42,063 nt of DNA. Origin: Candidatus Poribacteria bacterium. Its GTDB lineage: Bacteria; Poribacteria; WGA-4E; JAJRTO01. The notes beneath the pieces are model-generated. The model saw only the letters and a list, made by a program, of their open reading frames with translations, searched no databases and had not been told where the DNA came from. The stretch lies in the NCBI GenBank assembly GCA_024278235.1, contig JAJRTO010000107.1:1-42063 (forward strand), read 5' to 3'. This document shows, piece by piece, positions 1 through 9,810 of this stretch; position 1 is the first letter of the stretch, and each line of letters opens with the position of its first letter. The translations under genes and the position numbers were made by a program.

Positions 1-150
1 AGCTGCACGCTCTACTGCGAACGAGCAAGCTGCACGCTCTACTGCGAACGAGCAAGCTGCACGCTCTACTGCGAACGAGTAAGCTGCACGCTCTACTGCG
101 AACGAGCAAGCTGCACGCTCTACTGCGAACGAGCAAGCTGCACGCTCTAC
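1..150 (+). repeat. 27-bp tandem repeat array: 5 full units plus a 15-nt partial unit, truncated by the window edge
   Basis: Unit AGCTGCACGCTCTACTGCGAACGAGCA at 1-27, 28-54, 55-81 (one C>T at 80), 82-108 and 109-135, with a partial unit at 136-150. There are no spacers. It is followed by a conserved 17-mer, TCACTGAAAAACTCGTG (156-172), which recurs inverted at 32077-32093. Confidence 0.95.
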
Positions 151-195
151 GGGATTCACTGAAAAACTCGTGAACCAAAGAGCTTGCGGGAGCCT

Positions 196-1722
196 TCACT
201 GCTTACGTTTATAGATGCGGGTACGCCCTTCTGCGAAGACGGGTGTGTAATGCTGTTCGATCTTTTGCTCGATGGGAGAGTCTGGTGGCATGGCCCAGGT
301 ATGGATGTAGTCTACCAGGTCGGCATAGGGGGCGATAAGGGCGTTCTGGGGTTGTCCTTCGATGATCCCGGTATCCGGTCGATTCAGGCCGGGCTTGTAA
401 CGTATCGGGAAATAATCGGTCGTTGCCTCATAATTATCCCACTCGACCCCGCCTGTGAAGGCGCAGTAGTAGCCGATTGCATGGAGAAACATGCCGATCC
501 GGTCGCAACGACCATTGCGGTCAAAGGCAAGAGGCATGATCGTGTGATTCGGCTCCACTGTTTCAATCCCGGCACGAAATTCCTGCATATCGGCATCCAG
601 CATCGAATACCAATGGAGCAGATAACCGAGGTTGAGCACCGCCAACAGTGTGAGGATCCCGATGCTCCCCCACTTGATGTATTTCCCCAGGCGGGCTGAA
701 AACCAGGGGAGCAGGATCAGGAATGGATAAAGGCTCAATCGATGTTTCATAAAGCCGCCGCCTGATAACCCATCCGGCACCAGGAAGAACAGGATAATGA
801 AAATCACGCTGAGCAGTAGGAACCCATCTTCTCGCTGCAAACGAAATCTCGGCCCTCTCTCAGTCCAGCGGATTTTCTCACGGAAGAAAGTCATCACGTG
901 GAACACCCAGAAGAAGATGATCAGGACGAATCCCAGCTTGAGTTGAGTCTCGCTGAACGAATAGAGGACCTCCAAACCCAACAGATATTCTTTCAGTCGC
1001 ACGGTCGTCCAACTCCCCTGGGAAGACTGTGTGCCATGTGTCCAGATGAACCATAGTGGAAGGACACAGGCCGGCAAAAGCATCGGTATCTGGAGTAGAT
1101 GCCTTTTGATGCGATGACGTCTGAGTGTCAACAACCAGAGAACGGCGATAGAGAAGAGTGCGAGAACAATCGAGACAGGGTGGGAGAAGTAGGCAAGAAC
1201 GAGAATCAGATTGAGCGTGAGCGCGCGCTCCAGATTGAACTGAGATCGGTGTTTCCACCAGTAGCCAATTGCATAGAGGAAAAACGCTAGGCTGTAGCAG
1301 AAATTGTAGAATCCCATCTGGAGCAGATAATTGTACACAAAAGGGAACATGAGAAAAGCATACCAGCGTTTCTCTCGATCAACACTGCCAATGAAATACC
1401 ACACGCCGAGCAAAAGTAGAAGTACATAGCCGCTGACGAGGATTTTCTCGGCGATCAGCGGGCTGAACACGAACATCAGCAGCATCATGCCCGCATGACT
1501 CAGCCAATTGGGCATGGGCGTCAGATTGAGATCATAGTATTGCTGGAAGAGGGGATAGGATTCCGTATTGTTGTATTCCTTCAGGATGACAGCATTGTAA
1601 ACATGACTCGGCCCATCCTGAGAAGGAAAGTAGGTGACCAGCCAGATCGGAAGGAGATACAATAGCGTGAGGACCAAGAAGATACGGTGTTCCCACGACT
1701 TTGGTAAAAGAGAAGGGAGCAT
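196..1722 (-). CDS. Polytopic integral membrane protein, function not recognised
   Basis: 508-aa ORF with ATG at 1722. It has many hydrophobic helices (for example IFLVLTLLYLLPIWLV and LILVLAYFSHPVSIVLALFSIAVLWLL) and a soluble C-terminal tail. It lies 9 nt downstream of the preceding gene on the same strand. Confidence 0.7.
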   Translation of the reverse strand: MLPSLLPKSWEHRIFLVLTLLYLLPIWLVTYFPSQDGPSHVYNAVILKEYNNTESYPLFQQYYDLNLTPMPNWLSHAGMMLLMFVFSPLIAEKILVSGYVLLLLLGVWYFIGSVDREKRWYAFLMFPFVYNYLLQMGFYNFCYSLAFFLYAIGYWWKHRSQFNLERALTLNLILVLAYFSHPVSIVLALFSIAVLWLLTLRRHRIKRHLLQIPMLLPACVLPLWFIWTHGTQSSQGSWTTVRLKEYLLGLEVLYSFSETQLKLGFVLIIFFWVFHVMTFFREKIRWTERGPRFRLQREDGFLLLSVIFIILFFLVPDGLSGGGFMKHRLSLYPFLILLPWFSARLGKYIKWGSIGILTLLAVLNLGYLLHWYSMLDADMQEFRAGIETVEPNHTIMPLAFDRNGRCDRIGMFLHAIGYYCAFTGGVEWDNYEATTDYFPIRYKPGLNRPDTGIIEGQPQNALIAPYADLVDYIHTWAMPPDSPIEQKIEQHYTPVFAEGRTRIYKRKQ

Positions 1723-1731
1723 GTGGATCGT

Positions 1732-2838
1732 TCAGTCGATTTCTCTCTCGCGGGCGGCAACAGGCCAGGTATCGATCCAGTTTCCATCAGCATCAATGAC
1801 ATACAACTGCTCATGGAGGGCGACAGTGGGACAGATGTGAGCCGGGCACACAAGCATCACATCTCCGGGGCTGACCTCCAGGCCAGAGGGTAGTTGGAGC
1901 ATCCAATGTTCCTCGTTTTGCATGTCCATTTCCACGTTGTCCAGGTTCCACACCACCCCTCGCACATCCGTGGAATCGGGTGAGATCGCCTTATATCCCA
2001 GGTCCAGTGTGGCGATTCCGGTGGTTGACGCACTGATGACACGACTGAGCAGGAGTGCGGCCGGACGGAATCCCAGATCGGGATAACGAGTCGAGTAGTT
2101 ATAGTCGTGGAATATAAACGTACCTGGAGAGGTTTCCACGCCATCGACCCGGGCGAAGAAGGGGAAACTGGGAGTGCCTCCCATGATGATCAGCGGGGTC
2201 TCGAAGCCATTCTGCTTCAGAAGCTGCTTAAAAGCATCGACCTGTTCCACTACCTGCGCACAGGCATCCTGTCTTGCTTCAAACGTATTCTCATGCACGG
2301 GGCCATCGTACACATGCAACCCGTACGGTTCGAGAGAGGGGGAGTCCGCGATCTGTTTGTAAAGGGCAAGTGCCTGGTCCCCAGGTGGGATCCCAGAACG
2401 GTGAACGGCCACATCCAGATCGAGCAACACACGAGTTCTCAGATGATGGTGTTCGAGGGTATCTGATAATTGCCGGATCGGTGAAGTGTGATCCACGATG
2501 GGCTTGAAATCCACATCCGGGAACTGCTGTTTCAGAGTGATGAAGCGAGAGATATTCGGGCCAACCAACTGGTAGGCGATCACGATGTCCGTGATCCCCG
2601 ATTCCGCAAGCATCTTTGCCTCGCGGAGAGTCGCACATTTGTGCTTGGTAATGCCCGCATCGCGCTCAAGAGCCACGACTTCCGGCGTCTTATGCGTCTT
2701 CACATGGGGGCGAAGGCGAGCAACATCACCTACGACATCGATAGCATGTTGGATGTTCGCCTTGACGAGTTCCAGGTATACCAATAGAGATGGGCTGGGA
2801 ATAGCTTCCGGTCGCTGTAGATGGTATGTCGGCTGCAT
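1732..2838 (-). CDS. DSD1 / D-threonine-aldolase-like PLP enzyme (alanine racemase N-terminal fold)
   Basis: LRPHVKTHKTPEV matches the PLP-lysine region of this family. ATG at 2838 shares one base with the accC TGA; GTG at 2841 is an alternative start. Confidence 0.7.
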   Translation of the reverse strand: MQPTYHLQRPEAIPSPSLLVYLELVKANIQHAIDVVGDVARLRPHVKTHKTPEVVALERDAGITKHKCATLREAKMLAESGITDIVIAYQLVGPNISRFITLKQQFPDVDFKPIVDHTSPIRQLSDTLEHHHLRTRVLLDLDVAVHRSGIPPGDQALALYKQIADSPSLEPYGLHVYDGPVHENTFEARQDACAQVVEQVDAFKQLLKQNGFETPLIIMGGTPSFPFFARVDGVETSPGTFIFHDYNYSTRYPDLGFRPAALLLSRVISASTTGIATLDLGYKAISPDSTDVRGVVWNLDNVEMDMQNEEHWMLQLPSGLEVSPGDVMLVCPAHICPTVALHEQLYVIDADGNWIDTWPVAAREREID

Positions 2839-4199
2839 CACGTATTGAAGGTCTCCAGAAAGTTGTTGAACAGTTGCCCGCTCAGGAAACGTTCATCATC
2901 AAGTACCTGTTTGTGGAAAGGGATGGTCGTATGGATTCCATCGATACGGTATTCATCCAATGCTCGGCGCATCCGTTCAATGGCCTCCGTTCGGTTGGCT
3001 CCGTAGGTAATGAGCTTTGCCACGAGAGAATCGTAGTGAGGGCTGACTTCGTATCCGGAATATACATGACTGTCTACGCGAACGCCTGGTCCTCCCGGCA
3101 CGTGATAATCCGTGACTCTGCCAGGCGAAGGAGCGAAGCCATTCTTAGGATCTTCTGCATTGATGCGGCATTCGATGCTATGGCCTCGGAAGTGGATGTT
3201 TTTCTGTTCCCACGGTAACTTCTCACCACGGGCAATCAGGATCTGTTGCTTGACCAGATCCAGGCCGGTGACGATCTCCGTGATCGGATGTTCCACCTGA
3301 ATCCGTGTGTTCATTTCCATGAAGTAAAACTTATCGTTTGCGTCAACGAGAAATTCCACTGTACCGGCACTTGTGTAACCGATAGACTTGGCGACTTTGA
3401 CGGCTTCCTTGCAGATGTCTGAGCGCAGACGTTCGCTGATGCCGGCGGATGGGGATTCCTCCAGCAGTTTCTGATGATTCCTCTGAATACTGCAATCACG
3501 TTCACCGAGATGGATGATATTTCCATGTTCATCGCCCAGGATCTGGACTTCAACATGTCGAGCCGGTTCGATACACTTCTCCACGTACACTTCATCATTT
3601 CCGAAAGCGGATGCAGCCTCTGCACGGGCTGTACGGTACACTTTTACGAGTGTCACACGATTGTGCGCTTTACGAATCCCCCGGCCACCTCCGCCACCGA
3701 CAGCTTTGATGATCACCGGATAGCCAACTTCTTCTGCAATTGCAAGTGCTTCATCTTCGGTCTCGACGACGCCTCGCTTGTTGCGTCGGGTGGGTTTACT
3801 TCCGGGTATCAGTTGCACTCCGGCTTTGTTCATCTCAATTCTGGCAACCGCCTTGTTGCCCATCAGTTCGATGTTCTTCACCCGAGGCCCAATAAAAGTA
3901 ATGCCACACGCCTCGCAGATCTCAGCGAATCCGGCATCCTCGGCCAGAAAACCTGCACCGGGATGGATCGCGTCCGCATCCGTCATCTCAGTCGCAGCGA
4001 TAATATTCGCTTTGGAGAGGTAGCTGTCTCTCGAAGGGGGTGGACCGATACAGATGGATTCATCTGCGTACTGCACATGCAGAGAATCCCTATCAGCGGT
4101 GGAGTAGACTGCAACGGTCTTGATGCCCAGTTCACGACAAGCGCGAATGATCCGTAACGCGATTTCTCCCCGATTGGCTACGAGAACTTTGCTCAGCAT
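2838..4199 (-). CDS. accC: Acetyl-CoA carboxylase, biotin carboxylase subunit
   Basis: N-terminus MLSKVLVANRGEIALRIIRACRELGI, ATP-grasp glycine loop GGGGRG, 453 aa, directly downstream of accB with a TGATG overlap. Confidence 0.95.
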   Translation of the reverse strand: MLSKVLVANRGEIALRIIRACRELGIKTVAVYSTADRDSLHVQYADESICIGPPPSRDSYLSKANIIAATEMTDADAIHPGAGFLAEDAGFAEICEACGITFIGPRVKNIELMGNKAVARIEMNKAGVQLIPGSKPTRRNKRGVVETEDEALAIAEEVGYPVIIKAVGGGGGRGIRKAHNRVTLVKVYRTARAEAASAFGNDEVYVEKCIEPARHVEVQILGDEHGNIIHLGERDCSIQRNHQKLLEESPSAGISERLRSDICKEAVKVAKSIGYTSAGTVEFLVDANDKFYFMEMNTRIQVEHPITEIVTGLDLVKQQILIARGEKLPWEQKNIHFRGHSIECRINAEDPKNGFAPSPGRVTDYHVPGGPGVRVDSHVYSGYEVSPHYDSLVAKLITYGANRTEAIERMRRALDEYRIDGIHTTIPFHKQVLDDERFLSGQLFNNFLETFNT

Positions 4200-4660
4200 C
4201 AGAGTTTTCTCACACGGAAGAGAGATTGATCATATTCGACAGGCTGAGAATCTTCAACCAGAATATCGACAATCTCACAGTCGAATTCAGCTTTGAGATC
4301 TGTGTAAACCTTCATCGCCTCGATCAAGCAGAGCGTATCTCCTGCGGTGACCCGCGATCCTTCTTCCACGAACGATGGCTGATCCGGTTGGGGAGAGCGA
4401 TAGAATGTCCCTAGCATCGGTGATTTGATCACATCCAGGGAATGATCTTGTGATTCCTGGTAGGGAAGTGCCTCGGGCTGCGTCGTGGGTTGTACCAGCG
4501 TCTGGGGATGCGTGAACGACAGGAGTTCGTCTCCCTGACGCTTCACATGCACCTTGATGCCTGACTCCGACAATCGAACCTCGGCCAGTTCATGCTCCTC
4601 CATCAACGCGATCACCTGTTTGAGCAGTTCCAATGCCGATAGTTCTTTTTCTTCCGACAT
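4199..4660 (-). CDS. accB: Biotin carboxyl carrier protein
   Basis: Biotinyl-lysine motif EAMKV near the C-terminus. ATG at 4660 is preceded by GAGAGGG; GTG at 4663 is an alternative start. Confidence 0.9.
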   Translation of the reverse strand: MSEEKELSALELLKQVIALMEEHELAEVRLSESGIKVHVKRQGDELLSFTHPQTLVQPTTQPEALPYQESQDHSLDVIKSPMLGTFYRSPQPDQPSFVEEGSRVTAGDTLCLIEAMKVYTDLKAEFDCEIVDILVEDSQPVEYDQSLFRVRKL

Positions 4661-4663
4661 CAC

Positions 4664-5221
4664 TTATACCCTCTCTACGTATTCCCCTGTCCTCGTGTCA
4701 ACCTTTACGGTTGAACGGTTTTCCACGAAGAGAGGTACCTGGATCATCGCACCTGTTTCCAGTTGGGCAGGCTTCGTGCCCCCACTCGCAGTGTCTCCAC
4801 GGACGCCGGGATCGGTATCGACGATGTCCAATTCCACAAAGATAGGGAGCACCACCAGCAGCGGTTTATTGCCATGAAACTTGATGATCACATCGGTGTT
4901 CTCTTTCAGAAATTTGAGACCGTCACCAATCTGTTCGGATGTGAGGGCTATCTGTTCATAGGTTTCGTTATCCATGAAATAGTGCAGATCTCCATCCTTG
5001 TAGAGATACTGCATCTCACGGTCATCGAGCCGTATGTCATCGACACGCTCGCCGGCGCGGAAGGTTCGATCAAGGACACTCCCATCCATGACGTTTTTCA
5101 GTTTCGTGCGGACAAATGCCCCTCCCTTCCCAGGCTTGACGTGCAGAAATTCAACAATGGTATAGATATCATTGCCAAGTTTGATGACAAGGCCATTTCT
5201 AAAATCACTTGTTGATGCCAC
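4664..5221 (-). CDS. efp: Elongation factor P
   Basis: 185 aa with the KPGKGGAFVRTKLKN loop typical of EF-P. It sits in the conserved efp-accB-accC context. Confidence 0.93.
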   Translation of the reverse strand: MASTSDFRNGLVIKLGNDIYTIVEFLHVKPGKGGAFVRTKLKNVMDGSVLDRTFRAGERVDDIRLDDREMQYLYKDGDLHYFMDNETYEQIALTSEQIGDGLKFLKENTDVIIKFHGNKPLLVVLPIFVELDIVDTDPGVRGDTASGGTKPAQLETGAMIQVPLFVENRSTVKVDTRTGEYVERV

Positions 5222-5279
5222 GTATGCTACCTCCGGTGAATGAGCAAATCTACGAATGAGTGACTCTGCGGGTCATGTT

Positions 5280-5723
5280 TCACACATCACGGATGATCCG
5301 CAACAGTCCCTCCAATGCAAGTGTATAGCTATGGACACCCAATCCCGCGATGATCCCTGTGGCGATAGGTGAAATATAAGAATGATGACGAAATACCTCC
5401 CGCTGATAAACGTTGGAGAGATGCACCTCGATGACAGGCAGTCCGGTCATTGTCAACGCATCCCGGATTGCCACACTCGTATGGGTGTAGGCTGCAGGAT
5501 TGATGACGATGCCATCTGCGCTACCCATGTTGCCACCGATGAAATCCACGATGTCTCCTTCATGGTTCGATTGGAAAACATCGAGTGTGATACCATGTTC
5601 CTCAGCGATTGCCTGCAGGGAACGGTTGATATCATCGAGCGTTTGATGTCCGTAAATCTCCGGTTCCCGTTTGCCGAGGAGGTTCAGATTGGGGCCATGA
5701 ATGACAAGAATGCGTTGGGGCAC
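5280..5723 (-). CDS. aroQ: Type II 3-dehydroquinate dehydratase
   Basis: 147 aa with [21 protein letters not shown] and the [16 protein letters not shown] motifs. Confidence 0.93.
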   Translation of the reverse strand: MPQRILVIHGPNLNLLGKREPEIYGHQTLDDINRSLQAIAEEHGITLDVFQSNHEGDIVDFIGGNMGSADGIVINPAAYTHTSVAIRDALTMTGLPVIEVHLSNVYQREVFRHHSYISPIATGIIAGLGVHSYTLALEGLLRIIRDV

Positions 5724-5734
5724 GAATTCACTCC

Positions 5735-6823
5735 TCAGGCATCACGGATCGCTGCAACCGCTTCATTGGGTGCGACATTTTCGAGGATCGTCGCTTTGCC
5801 AATACGTTCAGCGACGATAAACCGCAACTGCCCGTGCTGCGTCTTTTTGTCCAGATACATCGCCTGGAGTATCTCATCATCGTCCAAATCCGGAAAGTGT
5901 GTGGGCAGTCCAAATTGCTCCAGCAAGATCTGTTGTCTTCTTTTGTCGTCAACCGTCATAAGCCCTCGCTGCACGGCCAGTTGAGATGCACAGACCATAC
6001 CGACTGCAACGGCTTCTCCATGCCGATAGGTGTCATAATCGGTAAGATTCTCCAGTGCGTGGCCAAAGGTGTGACCGTAGTTGAGCAAAGCTCTCACACC
6101 CGCTTCCCTTTCGTCTTGTTCGACGATGTAGGCTTTATCCCGACAGGACTGTGCGATCAACTCAACCAATATCTCTGGATCTCTCTGTAGGATCCTGTCG
6201 ACGCTGGACTCGATCTGAGTAAATAGGGGTTCATCCATGATAACCCCATGTTTGATGATCTCGACCAATCCCGCCTTGAAATCTCGTATCGGCAACGTGT
6301 CTAACGTTGCCACATCGATCAGAACGAATCCCGGTTGATGAAAAACTCCAATCAGATTCTTACCACGTGGATGGTTCACCGCTGTCTTACCACCAACGCT
6401 GGCATCTACCTGAGCAAGCGTGGTCGTGGGTATCTGAACGAACGAAATGCCGCGCATGTAGGTTGCGGCCACAAATCCTGTGAGGTCACCGATCACCCCC
6501 CCGCCGAGTGCGATCAACGCGGACTTGCGGTCCAATCGATGTTGAAAAAGCGGGTCATAAACGCGAGCAGCCCATTCGAGACTTTTCGTCGATTCTCCTT
6601 CCGGAAGCTCGACAAATATCGACTCAAATCCCGCATCCTCCAGAGACTCTGCAACCACATTGCCAAACCGTTCCCTGAGGGATGGATGGGTCACGATGGC
6701 GGTACGCTGAGCGTAACCTTGCTCCCGCATGAGTGCTCCGAGTTGCGACAGATTGCCCCCATCGATGTGGATCGTGTAGCTGAACTCGCCTAATCGGATG
6801 TGAACGATTTTCCCCGATTTCAT
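5735..6823 (-). CDS. aroB: 3-dehydroquinate synthase
   Basis: [19 protein letters not shown] and HTFGHALE motifs. I prefer ATG at 6823 ([18 protein letters not shown] upstream) over the longer ORF start at 6868. Confidence 0.9.
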   Translation of the reverse strand: MKSGKIVHIRLGEFSYTIHIDGGNLSQLGALMREQGYAQRTAIVTHPSLRERFGNVVAESLEDAGFESIFVELPEGESTKSLEWAARVYDPLFQHRLDRKSALIALGGGVIGDLTGFVAATYMRGISFVQIPTTTLAQVDASVGGKTAVNHPRGKNLIGVFHQPGFVLIDVATLDTLPIRDFKAGLVEIIKHGVIMDEPLFTQIESSVDRILQRDPEILVELIAQSCRDKAYIVEQDEREAGVRALLNYGHTFGHALENLTDYDTYRHGEAVAVGMVCASQLAVQRGLMTVDDKRRQQILLEQFGLPTHFPDLDDDEILQAMYLDKKTQHGQLRFIVAERIGKATILENVAPNEAVAAIRDA

Positions 6824-6879
6824 ACTTCTCCACATCCTGAACGCAAAGCAGTCATAGGTACTGAGCACCTGGTTTCTGC

Positions 6880-7413
6880 TCAGTATTCAGCACCAACTTT
6901 TCCTGGTGTCCTTGCGTCAAGAATCTGTAATATCCCCTCTGCAATGTCTTGAGGAGATTTTCCTACGGTGTCAATGGTGTGGTCGGCCTGCGCATAATAG
7001 GGGGCACGCTCGGCCAGAAGCTGGCGGATGCGCCCCTGCGGATCCGGGGTCTGCAAGAGGGGACGATGTGTCTCATGGCCTACCCGTTGCCAGATCTCTT
7101 CGGGCGTTGCCGTCAGGCAGAACACGGTGCCGTTTTCCTTGAGCAGATCCACATTGGATCTACGCAGAACAGCCCCCCCGCCGGTTGAGATGATCTGCTG
7201 GCTTTTCTGAGCAACTGCGGCAACGGCCTGACTTTCCAGGTCTCGAAAATGAGGTTCTCCAAATTTCTCAAAGATCTCAGGGATGGTGAGACCTGCATCT
7301 GCTTCGATGATATCGTCGGTGTCAACGACAGTCCAGCCGAGTTGCCGGGATAGCTCGGCGGCAACACTTGTCTTTCCAACGCCCATGAAGCCAACGAGCA
7401 CAATGTTAGCCAT
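6880..7413 (-). CDS. aroK: Shikimate kinase
   Basis: Walker A motif GFMGVGKTSV. ATG at 7413 lies 2 nt after the aroC TGA; GTG at 7419 is an alternative start. Confidence 0.9.
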   Translation of the reverse strand: MANIVLVGFMGVGKTSVAAELSRQLGWTVVDTDDIIEADAGLTIPEIFEKFGEPHFRDLESQAVAAVAQKSQQIISTGGGAVLRRSNVDLLKENGTVFCLTATPEEIWQRVGHETHRPLLQTPDPQGRIRQLLAERAPYYAQADHTIDTVGKSPQDIAEGILQILDARTPGKVGAEY

Positions 7414-7415
7414 GT

Positions 7416-8576
7416 TCACATCCCTTGAACGTAGTCCATATAGGCATGGTAGTGTTCACGCATTTCCTCAAGACTATCACCACCGAATTTCTCACGCATG
7501 GCTTGAGCCAGAACGATGGCGACCATCGTCTCACCGACGACCCCGGCAGCGGGTACTGCGCAGGTATCCGTACGCTGACGCGATGCCTCGAAAGGTTCCT
7601 TCGTGTGGATGTCGACGGAACGCAACGCCTGGCGCAAGGTGGACAAGGGTTTCATCGCCGCACGAATGACCAGTAGTTCTCCATTCGTGATGCCCCCTTC
7701 AAGTCCACCTGCTCGATTCTGCTGTCGGTAGAACTGCGACTTGCCAGTATCATAGAAGATCTCATCATGGACCCGAGAACCCAATAGGGTCGCGTTCTCG
7801 AAGGCCGGGCCAATCTCTACCCCTTTGATGGCTGGAACACTCATCATCGCAGCAGCCAGGCGGGCATCCAGACGCTCATGCCATTGTACATAAGTGCCCA
7901 ATCCAACGGGAAGCCCCGTCGCAACGATCTGAATTAACCCACCCAGGGTATCTCCTTTAGCCCTGGCTTCGTCCACAGCTTCCATCATGCGCTGCTGAGC
8001 TTCCGGATCCGGGCAACGCAAAGGTTGATCGTCGAACGAGTTTTCGAGGGAAGCAGAGATCGTCTCCTCGCAAGCACGGACAGATCCGAGCTGGATCACA
8101 CAGCTATAGATAGAAATGCCAAAAGCGGAGAGCAACTGTTTTGCCACTCCCCCGACGGCAACGCGGGCAGCGGTTTCACGTGCGCTGGCACGTTCAAGGA
8201 CATTGCGCAGATCTCGATGGCGATATTTGATACCACCCGCGAGGTCCGCATGGCCGGGACGCGGACGGGTGACAACCCCTTTGTCCGTGATGGCTCCCGG
8301 GTCGGGTGACATGATCGTCTGCCAGTTTTCCCAATCACGATTCCGGACAGTGAGGGAGATTGGACTACCGAGCGTTTTACCCGCACGCACCCCCGCGGTA
8401 ATCTCCACTTCATCGCTTTCGATTTTCATCCGCCCGCCGCGTCCGTAGCCTCCCTGACGCCGCTTGAGATCACGGTTGATATGTTCAGCGAGCAACGATA
8501 CCCCCGTAGGCATACCTGTCACAATCGCTGTCAACTGTTTGCCGTGCGATTCCCCGGCGGTGTGATAATGGAACAT
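7416..8576 (-). CDS. aroC: Chorismate synthase
   Basis: N-terminus [21 protein letters not shown] motif, 386 aa. Confidence 0.95.
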   Translation of the reverse strand: MFHYHTAGESHGKQLTAIVTGMPTGVSLLAEHINRDLKRRQGGYGRGGRMKIESDEVEITAGVRAGKTLGSPISLTVRNRDWENWQTIMSPDPGAITDKGVVTRPRPGHADLAGGIKYRHRDLRNVLERASARETAARVAVGGVAKQLLSAFGISIYSCVIQLGSVRACEETISASLENSFDDQPLRCPDPEAQQRMMEAVDEARAKGDTLGGLIQIVATGLPVGLGTYVQWHERLDARLAAAMMSVPAIKGVEIGPAFENATLLGSRVHDEIFYDTGKSQFYRQQNRAGGLEGGITNGELLVIRAAMKPLSTLRQALRSVDIHTKEPFEASRQRTDTCAVPAAGVVGETMVAIVLAQAMREKFGGDSLEEMREHYHAYMDYVQGM

Positions 8577-8656
8577 ACCTTCTCCTTGATAAGCAACTTT
8601 CAGACATGGCTGTTAAGTTTCAAATACCAGAAACTCAGCAGCCACAGTGCTTTTCT

Positions 8657-8687
8657 AACGTTCAACATTGAACGTTTTCACGTGAAA
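8657..8687. promoter_or_regulatory. Two abutting palindromes in the predicted aro-operon leader
   Basis: AACGTTCAA-CA-TTGAACGTT (8657-8676, 9-bp arms) followed immediately by TTTCACGTGAAA (8676-8687, perfect 12-bp palindrome). Confidence 0.6.
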
Positions 8688-8706
8688 CTTGCTTAGTCGG
8701 AGTATA

Positions 8707-8735
8707 AGTATAACGTGCAGGCAGAAAATTGTAAA
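8707..8735 (-). promoter_or_regulatory. Sigma70-like promoter for the aroC operon
   Basis: Minus strand reads TTTACA (8735-8730), a 17-nt spacer, then TATACT (8712-8707). A second TATACT abuts it at 8706-8701. Confidence 0.5.
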
Positions 8736-8741
8736 GTGGAT

Positions 8742-9677
8742 TCAGTTGTACCACCCGTACTGTTGCCGTATCTCCAAAATAAGCATATAACGTTCGAGTG
8801 GGAGACCTTTGAATGCCACATTGGAGGTGCTATAGATGTATCCACCGCCAGGCATGCCGTACTTGAGAGCGTACTTGCAATTCTCGATGATCTCCTCCTC
8901 TGTACCGGTTTGAAGCAGACCGCATTGCACACCACCGATCAGACATACTTGATCCCCGTACATCTCCTTGATCACTTTGAGATCCATCTCTTCTGCCTGG
9001 GTGTCAATGGAATGGATCGCATGTGGAGCGGCGGCGACAAGTTGGTCAAAAATTGGCATGATGTTGCCATCCGTGTGCTTGATGACATAGGCTCCCATTT
9101 CACGGTATCCGGCGATCAGTCGAGTCAGGTAAGGGGTGACAAACTCTGCAAACATGGGGGGGCTCAGGAAAGGGCCATCATTGAAACTGTAATCGGCACA
9201 GAGCGCAAAGCCGTCCATCCCTCCATCGACCAGACGCTTTCCCCGTTCGAGCGCGTTATCCACCATCTGATCCGCGCGACGCTTCATCTCGTCAGCGCGT
9301 TCAAAGAACGCATAGGCAGCTTCCATCATATTGTTACCATTCGGGATCGAAAATGTGGCATCTCCGTGTACGATCAGAAGATATTTGTCACCGACCAGTT
9401 CACGAATCATGCGCACCGTCTCAAGATGCGCTTCATCCCCCGGAGATCGGGTGTCCATAATGATGGAGTAGTCCAGGCGTTCTGCGACTTCCACGAATAG
9501 CTCCGCATTCTCATGCAACATGCGATCTCGCTCTTTCGGTGAAGCATCTCGCCAATTACCATGATAACTCTTACCAAGCAATTCCTCGGTCAGCTGGAAT
9601 TCCAGTTCAAAAGTGGGAACCAAACCTTCTGGTTTACCAAGTGTCAGTGCGTTGATGGCTTTTTCTTTCGGTGTCAT
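8742..9677 (-). CDS. Uroporphyrinogen decarboxylase (URO-D) family protein, MtaA/CmuA-like
   Basis: 311 aa from ATG at 9677 (MTPKEKAINAL), with GAGG 7 nt upstream. Overall resemblance to PF01208-type proteins. The longer ORF to 9968 runs through an intergenic repeat and a promoter. Confidence 0.6.
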   Translation of the reverse strand: MTPKEKAINALTLGKPEGLVPTFELEFQLTEELLGKSYHGNWRDASPKERDRMLHENAELFVEVAERLDYSIIMDTRSPGDEAHLETVRMIRELVGDKYLLIVHGDATFSIPNGNNMMEAAYAFFERADEMKRRADQMVDNALERGKRLVDGGMDGFALCADYSFNDGPFLSPPMFAEFVTPYLTRLIAGYREMGAYVIKHTDGNIMPIFDQLVAAAPHAIHSIDTQAEEMDLKVIKEMYGDQVCLIGGVQCGLLQTGTEEEIIENCKYALKYGMPGGGYIYSTSNVAFKGLPLERYMLILEIRQQYGWYN

Positions 9678-9759
9678 TGTACGACCTCGAATCAGGATAT
9701 TGGATGATCGATGCCCCGCATATGGGAAACATCGATGGTGAGTCAATAAGAACATATTC

Positions 9760-9788
9760 ATTATAAACATCTCCCCGTGGTGCGTCAA
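9760..9788 (-). promoter_or_regulatory. Sigma70-like promoter for the URO-D-family gene
   Basis: Minus strand reads TTGACG (9788-9783), a 17-nt spacer, then TATAAT (9765-9760). Confidence 0.55.
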
Positions 9789-9810
9789 CTTGATTTTGAT
9801 GTTGGCAGAG

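Noticed and set aside
1-150. A 27-bp repeat array that could be mistaken for a CRISPR array
   Set aside because: The units are directly adjacent with no spacers. No cas genes or leader are present in the window. Copies of the unit occur as REP-like fragments at 32.1 kb.
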